A stretch of DNA of 64,000 nt from Patellaria atrata CBS 101060. Its lineage: Eukaryota. The notes beneath the pieces were generated by a model that made no database searches, was not told where the DNA came from, and saw only the letters and a list, made by a program, of their open reading frames with translations. Where the stretch lies: NCBI GenBank assembly GCA_010093705.1, contig MU006095.1:868001-932000 (forward strand). The letters run 5' to 3'. Positions 47,314 to 59,610 of the stretch are shown in pieces. The translations under genes were made by a program, and so were the position numbers. The stretch's first letter is position 1. Every line of letters begins with the position of its first letter.

Positions 47314-48846
47314 TCAATCCTTGTCGTCATTCATCTTCTCAAATTGCCGTTTGGTAATAGTCAAACTCTGATAGGCGTCTCGGGAAGAGTCTAAAGGTAT
47401 GTCAACCAAGGGATTATCACCCTCATCTTCATAGTCCAAAGTATAACGGTCTCCTATTGCTTCAGATAGAGATGCCACGATGATAGCGATAATGTGTGGA
47501 CCAAAATATGGCTTCGCCGGACACACGAAAGGCTTGGTCCCGAAAGCCATAAAAATCCTCCTCAGGACACCCTCTCTCAATTCAGACCACCGTTCCGGTA
47601 CAAATTTGGTTCGGTCTTCGCCCCATGCTTGCTCGTTCCGTTGCGAGCTTTCAATATCCGCGGCAAGCATCGTAAGCTCGTAATTGTCGACGTTGATATA
47701 TTCGGCGTGATAAGGGCGGTGGAGAAAGTGCCGGTAGACACGGCGAGTTGGTGGATAGAGACGCAACGCTTCCATTGCGATCCACTGCGCAGAAACGTTG
47801 TCCTCCTTGCGCAATAGGTTTGCTCTAGTAGGTTCTCTGAGGAAGTTTCGAAGAATTGAGCGCCAAATCTCCTTATTAGGGCTGTCTCTTGAGACAACTT
47901 CGATGAAGCAGCGGAGCACAACGCGCCAAAGTGTCTCGTACGCTGGGAGTATTAAATTCATCGGATTCTGTCTATCCAGGAGAGGATTGAGGTTTGGTAG
48001 GATATTCCGTAATGCCTGATGAATATCACCCTGAGCGACCCAGTTCTCCAACGTTTCTGGTTCCTTTGATGCGAGCCAAATACGGTTGATCTCCTTCGCG
48101 ACTATACTAACGCTAATATCGTTTACGCTGTGCGGGTTGACATCGAAAAGGACAGCGAGTGATAGTTTAAGCGTCAAATTTTGAACTATTGGTACGAGCG
48201 GGAGCTTGATGTCGTTCTCGGGAAGTTTCCCCAGTAAAACTTTACTGGCATCTCCAGCGATAATGTACCATTCCTCGTCTGTAATCTTAATGAGCCTTTC
48301 CGTGAATGACCTGAATTGTTTATTGTAGTCGTTGTTCACAGTTGTGAAAGAATTGTTTATGCCAAAAGCTGCAACCAAGCGCTGATTAGGTCCAGAACGA
48401 GACTCGAGTTGTGAAAGGATATTGGGGGTATTAATAATGTGCTGTGTCTGCATGATGCTTTGACAGCTGCCTACATCGTCGCGAATAATTTGGCTACTTG
48501 GATGTGTAGGCCGATAGTGTATGATAGGAAGCGGGTTTGAGAAGATATGGTTTCCATAAACATGGCGTGTATGCGTCCACATCAAAGTATAGAAAGGGAT
48601 TGAACAAATTAGGAGTGTTGCGAGGCGATTGACAATGCTAGGCCCACAATTGGAGCAGTAGAATTCGCCAATGATAGACGATGTCCACATAAGACATTGC
48701 CAAAGTGACAATGCAAAGCAGTAATCTAAGAAGAGATGTTTATGTAAGAAATGTTTTTCTAGCCTCACGTGCCTCATCAGCACCTTTGCTGATAGTAAGG
48801 CCAGCAACATGAGGAGTGGGAAGTGGGTGATTAAGGAATCGACCAT
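47314..48846 (-). CDS. Atypical cytochrome P450-like protein, intronless
   Basis: EALRLYPP (ExxR), FVPERW (PERF) and FMAFGTKPFVCPA (heme Cys). Start inferred at ATG 48846; the ORF is open to 49026. Confidence 0.8.
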   Translation of the reverse strand: MVDSLITHFPLLMLLALLSAKVLMRHVRLEKHFLHKHLFLDYCFALSLWQCLMWTSSIIGEFYCSNCGPSIVNRLATLLICSIPFYTLMWTHTRHVYGNHIFSNPLPIIHYRPTHPSSQIIRDDVGSCQSIMQTQHIINTPNILSQLESRSGPNQRLVAAFGINNSFTTVNNDYNKQFRSFTERLIKITDEEWYIIAGDASKVLLGKLPENDIKLPLVPIVQNLTLKLSLAVLFDVNPHSVNDISVSIVAKEINRIWLASKEPETLENWVAQGDIHQALRNILPNLNPLLDRQNPMNLILPAYETLWRVVLRCFIEVVSRDSPNKEIWRSILRNFLREPTRANLLRKEDNVSAQWIAMEALRLYPPTRRVYRHFLHRPYHAEYINVDNYELTMLAADIESSQRNEQAWGEDRTKFVPERWSELREGVLRRIFMAFGTKPFVCPAKPYFGPHIIAIIVASLSEAIGDRYTLDYEDEGDNPLVDIPLDSSRDAYQSLTITKRQFEKMNDDKD

Positions 48847-49401
48847 TTTGTAAATGATTATCAGATTTGTAATGACTGCAGCAGATGATAGCGAGTTATG
48901 GATTGAGACAATAAAGACGGAGAATGAGGGCGTATATATGTGAGAAATAAGGGAACTTCGATGATTGTCCAAACAGTATCCAAACATTGACAGGAAGAGA
49001 ACGTGAATGAGAATATTTGAAAGCAAAGACCATGAGAGAGGTTTTATTATTCTTTATGTTGAAGTTGTTTTGTGCTTTGAAAATCTATGCTCCCGGACAG
49101 CGATTACTCCCTAAGCTGGTGTGAGTGAGGTGGACTACCGTGCTAGCATGGGACCTGGTTTACTATTTTGAAATCAATTCCTCTTCTCTATTGGCTGTAA
49201 ATCATTCCACGTATAGCAACCACGAAGCAAGAGAGTAGTGTTGACTATGGCAAAGAAGCAGGTTTAGATAACGCATATTATTTGTTTCGGGAATGTTTCA
49301 TAGATAAAGGTATCATTGAACATTTCTTTAAAGCACACTTAGGACAAATATACATTCATCGCAAAAATTCATTTTACATATAATAAAACACATACCAGCA
49401 A

Positions 49402-50211
49402 TCAAGCGTGCCAAATCCTCTTTAGAGCCTCTGTCAGTCCCACGTCGTTTGTCTCAAACTCATAGAAACCCACTCCAACAAGCACGGTAGCTGCGTTAAG
49501 AAGCCACATCAGACCCTTGCGGGTCTTTGGGGTCCTCTTACTTGGAAAGTAATCAATAATGCACGACCTGACGCAATTAGAACCTAGGTTGGCTTTATGT
49601 GAGGGGTTTGTAGCATACTGGAAACCGATATGAGAATGGACGAGAATGAAAGCACAAAGCACCCCATCTGTAATAGGATTCAATGAACCCGCCGCGAATG
49701 GTGCAACTGTCAACGGTACCAGCCCAGCTGCCATGATTCTAAATCCCAACTCATCAGCTATGACCTACAGGAGGGTCTAAAATGGTCTCCCACCTCTCGA
49801 ATGTCCAATGATATGCTCCATGGAAGGCAGATGGGTCGGGTACAGGCGCAGGATCATTCGCTATAGTATCGTAAGTAGGGACGTATGCAGGTAGTTGGAA
49901 GAGTAATCAAGCACCTGTTCCTTGGATTCGCTCTGTACCAATCGTCAGCAATTGGTGATATGTACGATGTTCGACAGGAGCTACCACTTACGTGGAGGTG
50001 GAGGGAGAATAGGTCGACTAGCTGTAGCATGAAATGATGCAACTTTTGGTAGAGTTTCTCTAATGATGGTAGATGGTGTAGGGCGGCTTAAGGGCTTAGA
50101 TGTTCGGAAGGCGGAGGTTATGAGGGGTGTCGTTCTGGTGGAGAAGACCCGTTTGCTTGGTGCAGCAGTACAGACCTGTCTAAATACCGCCGGGCGAGCG
50201 ATCGAAGCCAT
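49402..50211 (-). CDS. SDH4: Succinate dehydrogenase membrane anchor CybS (spliced)
   Basis: Arg/Ser-rich mitochondrial presequence, HGAYHWTFER, HSHIGFQ|SCIIDYFP and YEFETNDVGLTE. Confidence 0.92.
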
Positions 50212-50320
50212 TGTTATTGTTACCGTAGCTCGTCAACCTGATGAATTGCGAATGTACGGAGAGTTGTATGTTAATGATCTATGGCCGAGGTCAAACCCGC
50301 GATTACAATATGTGGCGCTG

Positions 50321-50344
50321 ATTGGCTTGATTCTGATCGATTGG
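50321..50344. promoter_or_regulatory. Two CCAAT boxes (ATTGG) in the SDH4/MPP-beta divergent promoter
   Basis: ATTGG at 50321 and 50340 in a 271-bp head-to-head gap. The Hap complex typically regulates respiratory genes. Confidence 0.35.
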
Positions 50345-50482
50345 GAACAGCTCAAGGATACGGAGCTTTCATGCCCGGTAAATCTTCGAACGTCGAACCT
50401 CTTTGCTATTTCGTGCTAGGTACCTCCAGAGCTTTCCCATCCATATTCCCATCCGCCTATCCTCTTTTCCTCCTCCCGAAAA

Positions 50483-52155
50483 ATGGCTTCACGGCGCCTG
50501 GCTCTCAATTTGCAGCAGAGCCTGCGCAACCGCGCAGCCTTGAACTCAATCCGGCATCCGTTGACGAGGGGACTCGCAACGCCGGTCAGCCATGGAAGCA
50601 AGACGGAGAGCACAACGTTGAGCAATGGCTTTACTGTAAGCTATCGAATTCATGATTTGGGTAGTCTCCTAGCTAATGGAGATGATAGATTGCAACGGAA
50701 CATTCCCCCTGGGCCCAGACGTCGACCGTCGGTGTTTGGATCGATGCGGGAAGTCGCGCAGAGACAGACAAGACCAATGGCACAGCTCACTTCCTGGAGC
50801 ATCTTGCTTTCAAGGTACAGTGATAATGGTGTCATGTAAGATTCATTGCTGATGAATTGGAATGCAGGGCACCCAGAAACGGACCCAACAACAGCTAGAG
50901 CTCGAAATCGAGAACATGGGAGGACATCTCAACGCATACACATCCGTGAGTTCATACAGCAATTGAACTTTCAATAGCGGAAACTAAATACTGTATAGCG
51001 AGAAAACACCGTATACTACGCCAAATCTTTCAACTCTGACGTCCCTGCTACCGTCGATATTCTGTCTGATATTCTTCAAAACTCAAAACTTGAAAGCTCT
51101 TCTATCGAGAGGGAGCGTGATGTCATTTTACGGGAACAGGAGGAAGTTGATAAGCAAATAGAGGAAGTTGTTTTTGATCATCTTCACGCCACCGCATACC
51201 AGGGCCAACCGCTTGGACGTACCATCTTGGGCCCTAGGGAGAATATTCAAAGCATTCAAAGAACAGACTTGGAAGACTACATCAAGACCAACTACACAGC
51301 TGACCGTATGGTCCTCGTTGGTGCTGGTGGTGTTCCTCATGAACAGCTTGTCGAACTAGCGGAAAAATACTTCTCTAAGATCCCTGCGCAACCTCCAAAT
51401 GCAACCTCGTCTGCGATTGCCGCTGCCCAAAAGGCGACACCGGACTTTGTCGGGTCCGAAGTGAGAATCAGAGATGATACTATGCCAACTGCGAACATCG
51501 CCATCGCCGTTGAGGGTGTGAGTTGGAAAGACGATGACTACTTCACCGCACTCGTCACCCAAGCTATCGTTGGAAACTGGGACCGCGCGATGGGCAATTC
51601 ACCATATCTAGGAAGCAAGCTCAGCACTTTCGTTCACCAAAACAATCTTGCCAACAGCTTCATGAGCTTCTCTACCAGCTACAGCGATACCGGGTAAGTC
51701 TATGATAAGATCACATTACCTTTCTGTCTTCCTCTTTATCGTCAAACTAATCATAAATCTGCAGTCTCTGGGGTATCTACCTCGTCACAGACGCCTTCAC
51801 CAAAATCGACGACCTCGTCCACTTCTCCCTCCGTGAATGGTCCCGCCTCTCATACAACGTCACAGAAGCCGAAACCGAGCGCGCCAAAGCCCAGCTCAAG
51901 GCCTCCATCCTCCTCTCCCTCGACGGCACCACCGCCGTAGCCGAGGACATCGGTCGCCAGATCGTCACCACCGGCCGCAGATTGTCACCGGAGGAGGTCG
52001 AACGCGTCATCGGCCAGATCACGGAGAAGGATGTCATGGATTTTGCGCAGAGGAAGCTGTGGGATCGTGATATCGCCATCTCGGCGGTGGGCCCGATCGA
52101 GGGCTTGTTGGATTATTCGAGGATCAGGGGCGATATGAGTAGGAATGTGTCGTAG
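50483..52155 (+). CDS. MAS1: Mitochondrial processing peptidase beta subunit (M16 family), 4 introns
   Basis: Presequence, GVWIDAGSR, inverted zinc motif [30 protein letters not shown] and AEDIGRQI. Confidence 0.95.
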
Positions 52156-52807
52156 AGTGGAGGGCTGATTGAGGTGAAGGGGGGAACTTGTAAGTATTTA
52201 AGGGCGAGAAAAGGGTTTGTACGCATAGTTGAGAATTAAAGGCTTTTATTACTGTAAAGTGTTGATAGACGTATCAGTATTTTCCAAACATTCCCCCATG
52301 TGCTTGTGAGAAGTGATGGTGAAGTGTTTGCAAGAGTTATGCCCTATCTTACACCCCATGACATAGTATCGGGATACCCTTTTACGACACCTTGCTTCTT
52401 CCGGTTTCATAAGTCTTCGTACGAAAAAGTGACCCTAAAGCTTAATTACACGTCCTGCCATGGCGCAACCCACCACAACGCAGGCGAATCCGCGTTTCAC
52501 TCAGTTCCTTATCGTATGCCAATTCAACCGGTTTCTTCGAGGGTGCAGATAGCCTCTAGAATCACAGTGCTGCCACAGGTCGTCGAAGATGCGGTATACG
52601 GCACAGGACGATGGGATTGTACTCCCGTAGCGGGATGCGCGATATATGTATTGTATTGTACATACTTACCGCGTCGTGCGAACCGCAAAGGGGCTGCGTG
52701 GAAGGAAGGGGGACTTGTAGTATGTGCAAAACCACGGCGCGTATGTGTGGGAGGGGGGTGTGATGTGATGTGGGCGGTGTTGAGGGGAGGCGAATGGGGG
52801 TATGGCA

Positions 52808-52841
<34 letters not shown>
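52808..52841. repeat. Poly-G tract (34 nt)
   Basis: Directly visible. Confidence 0.9.
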
Positions 52842-52843
<2 letters not shown>

Positions 52844-55800
52844 GGTGAGGTACGGTGAGTATTTTGAGTCTGGATATCAGAGTATGATGTACGGAAGTGT
52901 ACGGTCGTTTAGAGGGGGACCGTGGGTTGACTTGAATCTTGTTCGGGGCGGTGTTGTAGAGCGGTGTTCTGGGTCGTGTTGAGAGATGGGTGTATTGCGG
53001 GTCTATAGAGAGAGGGAATGTGGATGGAGTTAGTGGGTGTTATGAGTTGCTTGAGTGGTATACGTACCCTTAATGCTCGGAGGGAAGGTGTTGTGTGTGG
53101 TCTTGGTGCTCCCATCCGCGCGGGGAGCTTAAGCGTATGTATCAGAGGAAATTCGGGCCCATTGTTCTGCTGACGTTGAGGGCGCTGGTGAGAATAGGGG
53201 CTGTAGCTGGTGTTCTCTCTACTCTGACACCTTTCCATTTGTTTTGAGCGTTTAAATTTGACAGACATGATATGGCTTGTAGTATTGAGGAGACCGTCAT
53301 GTACGATGCCATCCTATCATGTCACACAGGGGATTTTGTGGGTCCAGTAGATCAACGTGGTGCATCCTGATCTACCTCGCACGTGTGAAGATCTATACGG
53401 GAATACGGATATTGTTGCCGGTTTACGACAGCAGCAAGTTCCGTCCGTGATCATCGACATTATCATTTCTCTACCGGTCCATAGTAAGATGCCGTTATTG
53501 AAGCCAGGAAGAGGGTATCGTCGTCACTGAGACGGGCATCCAGCGCACCACAAGCCCGTCCTCGTCTTTATGTCATATACAAGTTCGGTGAGATATGTGT
53601 TAGTGGTGTAGATAGCGTTTAGCTCTTGATCATCGCCGGTTTCGGATGGAATTATAAGCACAATGAAGTTGACTATACAGAGATACGAACGATAGAGTTC
53701 AGGGCTTGTCCATCGTGCATAGATATCAGAAACATGTGCCGCTTGGAGGGAGCAGATCTGTCAGCCCTACCGTTCTTACCACCATTGTGGTGCTCAGTAT
53801 AGGAAATGAGATACAGGACTACCAGACGCTAAGGGTGGTTATAAGGTTGGTGATGAACAGACGGGCATGAGGGGGTTCAAGAGACGATAAACGAGAATAT
53901 GGGATTATCAAGGGTCTGAGAGCACATGGTGATAAAGTTTTGATCGGCCGGAGTGCATGATGAGATGGAGTGGATAGATAGAGTAGAGATTTGCGCAGAC
54001 TAATCGCTTGGAAGAAAGAAGATCTGTGGAAAATAACGGGATTGGAGATAGACTAGAGAGTAGAGCGAATTCAGTATGAATACTGCCGCAGAAATAGAGA
54101 ACTCAGGTTGAAAGAAAGATGTAAGGTCCGCTTAAGGCTGGAAGTCGATAAAATTGTGAAGAAGTTGGAGGTTCACCTTTTATGAGTCTTATTTGATATT
54201 ATCACTGGTGTAAAAGACTTGATCGAAAGATCTCTTACTTTACTACTCAGCATGGAGTGTTGATCATGTTATTCCAACCCGATAATGTAAAAAGAGGGAA
54301 GAGACGGTTGACAGAGATGAATCCGCGTATGTACGGAGCAGTGTCCGGAATACTGCAATAGTGTACAGTACAATCCAGGTTTTGCCTGTCAAGAGTAGAT
54401 TCTTGTGCAACCGGAATATCACACGGAACGTCGTACTAGGAAGGTCTTTACGAGGAGTCCCATTTCAAATTATCAACAAAGTCTCCTATCGTGTATGTCT
54501 TGTTCAGGAACGTGGGGGTACGTGAAGTTTCCTTCGTTCGATGCGACATGCCCCTCCATAAGCTTGAATGTACAGTCACTGCCAGCACAGAACAGGGTAA
54601 AGCTTAATTCATGTTATACCAACGCTTGGATCTCCGCAGGAGAGTTGTGAATTGCAGGAATAAAGATCAGGTACTCACATGGTACTTACTGTACTGTACC
54701 TTACTCGGTACAAATTATCTTTTTGTCAGCCTGTACGAGTGCGGGACGGCAATCTTCGGTTTATGTGCCGGGGTTCATGTACGGACGGTTTGAAATTATT
54801 ACGGGACCCGACAAGCACTTTGAGATTCATGTATTTGATTTTATGGCTCATCATGATTTTACCAAAGAGCTTTGAGTGTGATCTTCAAGCTGCAGGGCAC
54901 GCAGGGTAAGTCTTACTGACAAGTCGGATTTTTGTGCCGAATACCAAGGCCATATCTGCAACTCAACAAGGTACCGCTACCTTAAAGAATGAACACTTAC
55001 TGTGTATTGAATTGGCTAACCAGCTGTATTGCGTTACAGAAAGCCTTTGGGGCCATCTTATTATCGTCATAACTGTCCCATATTCCACCATGTTGTCTGC
55101 CAAGGCTCAAACGGAAAGCTGACGAATGGCATAATGGAACGTATGGAGTTCGATATAATGAAATGTCTCATTCGTGATATGATGTGGTAGGTCCACGAAC
55201 TCCAACCTCACCTCAATAATACTAAGGTCGTGGTTAAATAGACAGATAGAACTAAAGACAAGGAGAAGATCCAAAAAAAAAAAAAAAGTCGAGGGGATTT
55301 TAAGACTAAAGAAGCAACCAGCCCCAGATTTTAGCTGCATGACGTGTTCCAAGAAACCGGAAGCTCATTACTGTCCATTCAAACAAAGGTCTCCTTGGTA
55401 GGTTGTTACATCTTTGGTGATCTCTTCTTTAAATCACACCGACAACCGCCAATCCATAAGCTATCTCTTCGCTGGTTGCCATGCTTTGCCCCCCTCTGAC
55501 AACATCACAGCCGCCAGAACGGATTCCCTCTTGAGCTTGTTGGTGTCGTTGCCGTGGTTGCACACTCGCCACGCCTTTTCATTCGTCTTCTCACCCTCTA
55601 GCCCCGCTGATTAAGGATTGATACACTATCCGCGGTGAGCAACAACCTGTCTACGACTATACGCGACATTTGTCCGGAGTGTGGATGCGGATGCTCCTTT
55701 CGAAGGAGGGGGGGGATGAAAAGATTGTCGCGTTTCGCTCTGTATGGGTCATACTGCTCTCCTTCCGCCATGAGTCGATCTTGTTAAGTTTGAGCTTTGT

Positions 55801-56190
55801 ATTGCCCCGTTAAAACCCCTTCTTACATCCCCACAGTTCGTAAAATGACGATATTCGTGACCCACAGTTGTTTGGTGTGTAAAAGGGTTGCTGACTCACG
55901 GAATAAGTTGTTTTGTGCTATTTTGATATTTTTGTTACAGCAAAGTACGTCAAAGGAGGGCGGCTTGGCGCGTGATTATAGGCACGCTAGAGGCTCAAGG
56001 GGGAAAGATCTACCTGCACCGGCCCAAGGATTTGAGTGGCTGGGATCGCTTGTCCACAAGGGCTTTGATGCAAGATCTGACGTCTTTCGCCGAATTCCTC
56101 TTTGCACTCTGCGATCAGTGCCGCTGCAACTTGTACAAGGAGCACGGTAAGATACTTCTGTAAGGGGGATTACGGTACAGGGAATATTCC

Positions 56191-56238
56191 TCACAGAGTC
56201 ACAGATACAGATTCACAGATTCACAGATTCACAGATTC
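56191..56238. repeat. Short tandem repeat of TCACAGAT-like 8-mers
   Basis: tcacagagtcacagatacagattcacagattcacagattcacagattc is visible. Confidence 0.75.
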
Positions 56239-56990
56239 GGGGACTCAGAATCACTGCCTGTGAGAGCAAAAGAGCGACACAGAAGCGGCACAGGACACAG
56301 GAGCGATACAAGAGCGACAACATTACACCCGAATTCAGACAGTTCAGCCTCCTCGCATGATTCCCAACGTCTCCTCACCTTTTCCTCAGTTCCCCGAAAA
56401 TCACATTCCACCACAACTACACAAAACTTTCTAAACTCCTTCTATATCTGCGTCCCCGTCGACTTTTTACCACTACTGCATCTTCGTTACCCATCCCCAT
56501 TTTCAAAGCAACAGCCCTATTCGGCTATTACTGCAACCATACTTTCAGCTGGTATCAGGGTCTTGGCTTTTTATTAGTTCCCCTCCTGGTAATTAGCGAA
56601 ATCCGAATCAGCTGTTACAAAACTACTTTTACCCTACCCTCCTAACGCCCACATGATTTGGATACTTCCGCCTTGATCAGCCCACTTTTAGTATTATAAG
56701 GTAGTCAAGCAAGGAACTCTAAAAGGGAATCAGGTACTGTGTAAGCGAAGCTGTCGCCGTACTACTACTGCACAAGTAGCTTCGCAGCGCATTGAAACAA
56801 CCAAAAACTGCCCTGGGCCCGTCACAGCCGTCTACCTACTCTAATCTCTAGCGACATCCCGCCTTCTACCCTGACCCAACTTGGGCCCAAGCGAAGCCGT
56901 TCGTGCCGGTGGCTTAATATCGCTGCAACACTCTTCCTCTCCGTTTCCCGATTTTGCGTCCATCTCACCACCAGAAAAAGGACCCAACAA

Positions 56991-57619
56991 ATGTCGTTAT
57001 CCCAGGACGAGTTCATCCCGTCGGTACCAAGTGTACAGGAGCCTCATATCAGGATTTCAGGTGACGAGGTAGACCTAAGTCCATCATCGTCGTCATCTTC
57101 AATAGACGACCGGGAAGAGGTTAAGCAACCACAAGAACGACTTCAAAGGCCTCCCTTGGGAAGCCGGAAGTCAAGCGGAACCATCATCGTGCCTCGAGAT
57201 AGCGAGAAAGTAGAGTTGGAGGAGGAAGAGTACGATCCAGAAGATGCCAGGACCATGAGCCCAAGAAGAAGCAGTGAAGATATCGAGAGGATGAGTGAGG
57301 ATGCTAGAGCCCAATTAATAGAGTCAGTTGCAATCTCATCTTTGTTGGCATGGTGATATCAAGCTAATTGGAAAATAGGCAAGCAAAGCAACTACAAGCG
57401 AGTCTTCAAGACATCGTAGATCGTGTTGAGAGTGTACGCTCCGAACATGAGAAACTGGAAGGCGGAAACAGATTTCTGCAATCGTAAGTTTGTCTGAGCG
57501 TGAATCTTTTTTGCGTGTAACTGACGTCCAAGTAAAGATACATTGGCGAGTTAATGCAGACAAGCAAGATCACGACTACTGGCGTGAAAAGTAAAGGCAA
57601 GAGCCGGGCGATGAAATAG
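56991..57619 (+). CDS. Short coiled-coil protein (SCOC/Slo1, DUF2205-like); introns 57323-57378 and 57484-57537
   Basis: Spliced C-terminus LIEQAKQLQASLQDIVDRVESVRSEHEKLEGGNRFLQSYIGELM matches the SCOC-family pattern. Confidence 0.82.
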
Positions 57620-59059
57620 GCAAGTCGCAGGCCATGTATGCCGACACCTCAGTCACATCAAGGTCGGCCATCTACACCAACACCCATCTAATATCGCCAC
57701 CGTCAATTACATCCATCTCGACAACTCCGTATAACTTCCGAATTCCTTTCCAGGCCTAAACTTTTAAGGAACTGAGACGACAAACTTACCGAATGAGCAC
57801 ACAGGCACGTGTCCACGATTCTCCTTTATGACATGAACATGTCTCCATCCTAGTCACCGGGACTCTTTACTTGTTCCGCACTTTACGCTTAAAGAAATTC
57901 TCAAAACTGTCCATGGCCCTCGAGAGCTTCCAAGACGATTGACCTGGCAATACGTCATCAATCGTAATTTCACTCAACTACAACAACATCACGGCTATCA
58001 GCGAGTTTCTACCAGGACCAAGAGGAAGAGTAACCATCAATTGCATTTTTTTTTTCGGCCAACACTCTTGCATCGGCATCGGATCCGGATAACGGCGTTC
58101 TTCTGTTTTTTAACCCAAAAAAATCGATATACCCGGTTTTGGACTTGAGTCTTCTTTCAATCAGCGCCTGAGCGCACGGGTAGCGAACGTTCTCCTCCTC
58201 TTTTTCATCATTCTACTTTTCTACTTTCTTCACTTTTGATCCATTCGGAAGCGCAGCATTATACTCTTTCTCTTCTTCTTCTCCTTCCCTCTTACACACG
58301 CTCTCGGGATCAGGGATTTTGTTCACTTCTTCACTCACACTGTAGGGGGGTCAAGGGCTTTTCTTTCTTTTATTCAAACTTCGGTGCACGGTGTTCATCG
58401 GCTTTTTGCAAGGTTCTAACCGCGCTGAGGACTGGACTCGCATCGTCTGGCGTGGGCGCACGGCGTTCCAAGTCCACACTCGCTTACCTTTGGGATGTGG
58501 GTAAATAAGGTAGATAGGTAGACTGTCTATACACATGGGTCACCGCTGCAGAAGCGATGACCCCGTTTCAAAATACTTTGGGTGCCGTGTGCGCCGTGAT
58601 GTCATCTCATGTTGGTTCCTCCATGTCCGAGACTTGTTATCCCGCATGGTATTTCTGGTATGAGTGATCACCTCTCGTCCGTCCTGTGCAGATGACTGAT
58701 GAGTGAACTATCGAGCAAATTCTTGGTTTGCGGTGATCGACTGAAGAGAATCCTCCCGATATCGGAAGGGCACTCAGCACTAGAATCAAATCTGAGTCCA
58801 TAAGTGTATCTTGCTCATACATCTATTCCTTTTTCTAGGAGAGTTTGCATATTATGGCTGAGATACTCGTTGGTTATGGGAGGTTGTGTGGACGATCCGG
58901 CTGGTTTGGAGAGTTGAGTTAGAGTGTATCGTGGAAGTGGAGTTTATAGTGAAGTTTACAGTGTATAGTCCAGTCTTTTTAATCGGTCTTATTGTTTTAT
59001 GTGATCTAGTCACTTCATATAGTCTAGCCATGCTATACAGTCTAGTTATTCCATAGGGT

Positions 59060-59131
59060 ATAATCTGGTCATTCCGCATAGTCTGGTCATTCCGTATAGT
59101 CTGGTCATTCCGTATAGTCCACTCATTTCGT
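59060..59131. repeat. 18-bp tandem repeat ATAGTCTGGTCATTCCGT, about 4 copies
   Basis: Directly visible; last copy degenerate. Confidence 0.85.
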
Positions 59132-59251
59132 ACAGTTCACTTAAAGTGTATAGTCCACTCTTCGCACCTTATATATACTCCATTACGCACGCTGCATATA
59201 CTCCTAACCTCGTCATACTTTACTCCTTCTATACCCTTCAGGCTTATACCT

Positions 59252-59610
59252 TCTATCCCTCTATATCTCCTATCCCTTAATACCTCCTGTCCCTTAATAC
59301 CTCCTATCTCTTAATACCTCCTATCCCTTAATACCTCCTATCCCTTAATACCTCCTATCCCTTAATACCTCCTATCCCTTAATACCTCCTATCCCTTAAT
59401 ACCTNNNNNNNNNNNNNNNNNNNNNNNNNNNNNNNNNNNNNNNNNNNNNNNNNNNNNNNNNNNNNNNNNNNNNNNNNNNNNNNNNNNNNNNNNNNNNNNN
59501 NNNNCCTATCCCTTAATACCTCCTATCCCTTAATACCTCCTATCCCTTAATACCTCCTATCCCTTAATACCTCCTATCCCTTAATACCTCCTATCCCTTT
59601 ATATCTTCTA
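59252..59610. repeat. 17-bp minisatellite (CCTATCCCTTAATACCT)n spanning an assembly gap
   Basis: About 8 copies before and about 5 after the run of N. Confidence 0.92.
59405..59504. other. Assembly gap (100 N)
   Basis: Run of n characters. Confidence 0.99.

Noticed and set aside
12236..52155. Cryptic peroxisomal targeting by stop-codon read-through
   Set aside because: The stop contexts I checked (oxygenase, dehydrogenase, noxA, hemerythrin, SDH4, MPP-beta) show no TGA-CTA and no downstream SKL-like end.
52300..52982. ORFs with poly-Gly
   Set aside because: Artefact of the poly-G tract.
55972..56163. Short ORF with faint resemblance to an antizyme-like segment
   Set aside because: No frameshift site, upstream ORF1 or convincing conserved motif.
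58697..58744. TGATGA...CTGA as a C/D box snoRNA
   Set aside because: Too short (about 48 nt), no terminal stem and no recognisable rRNA guide.
59060..59610. Direct repeats as a CRISPR array or telomere
   Set aside because: Head-to-tail units with no spacers, eukaryotic context, and the unit is not TTAGGG.
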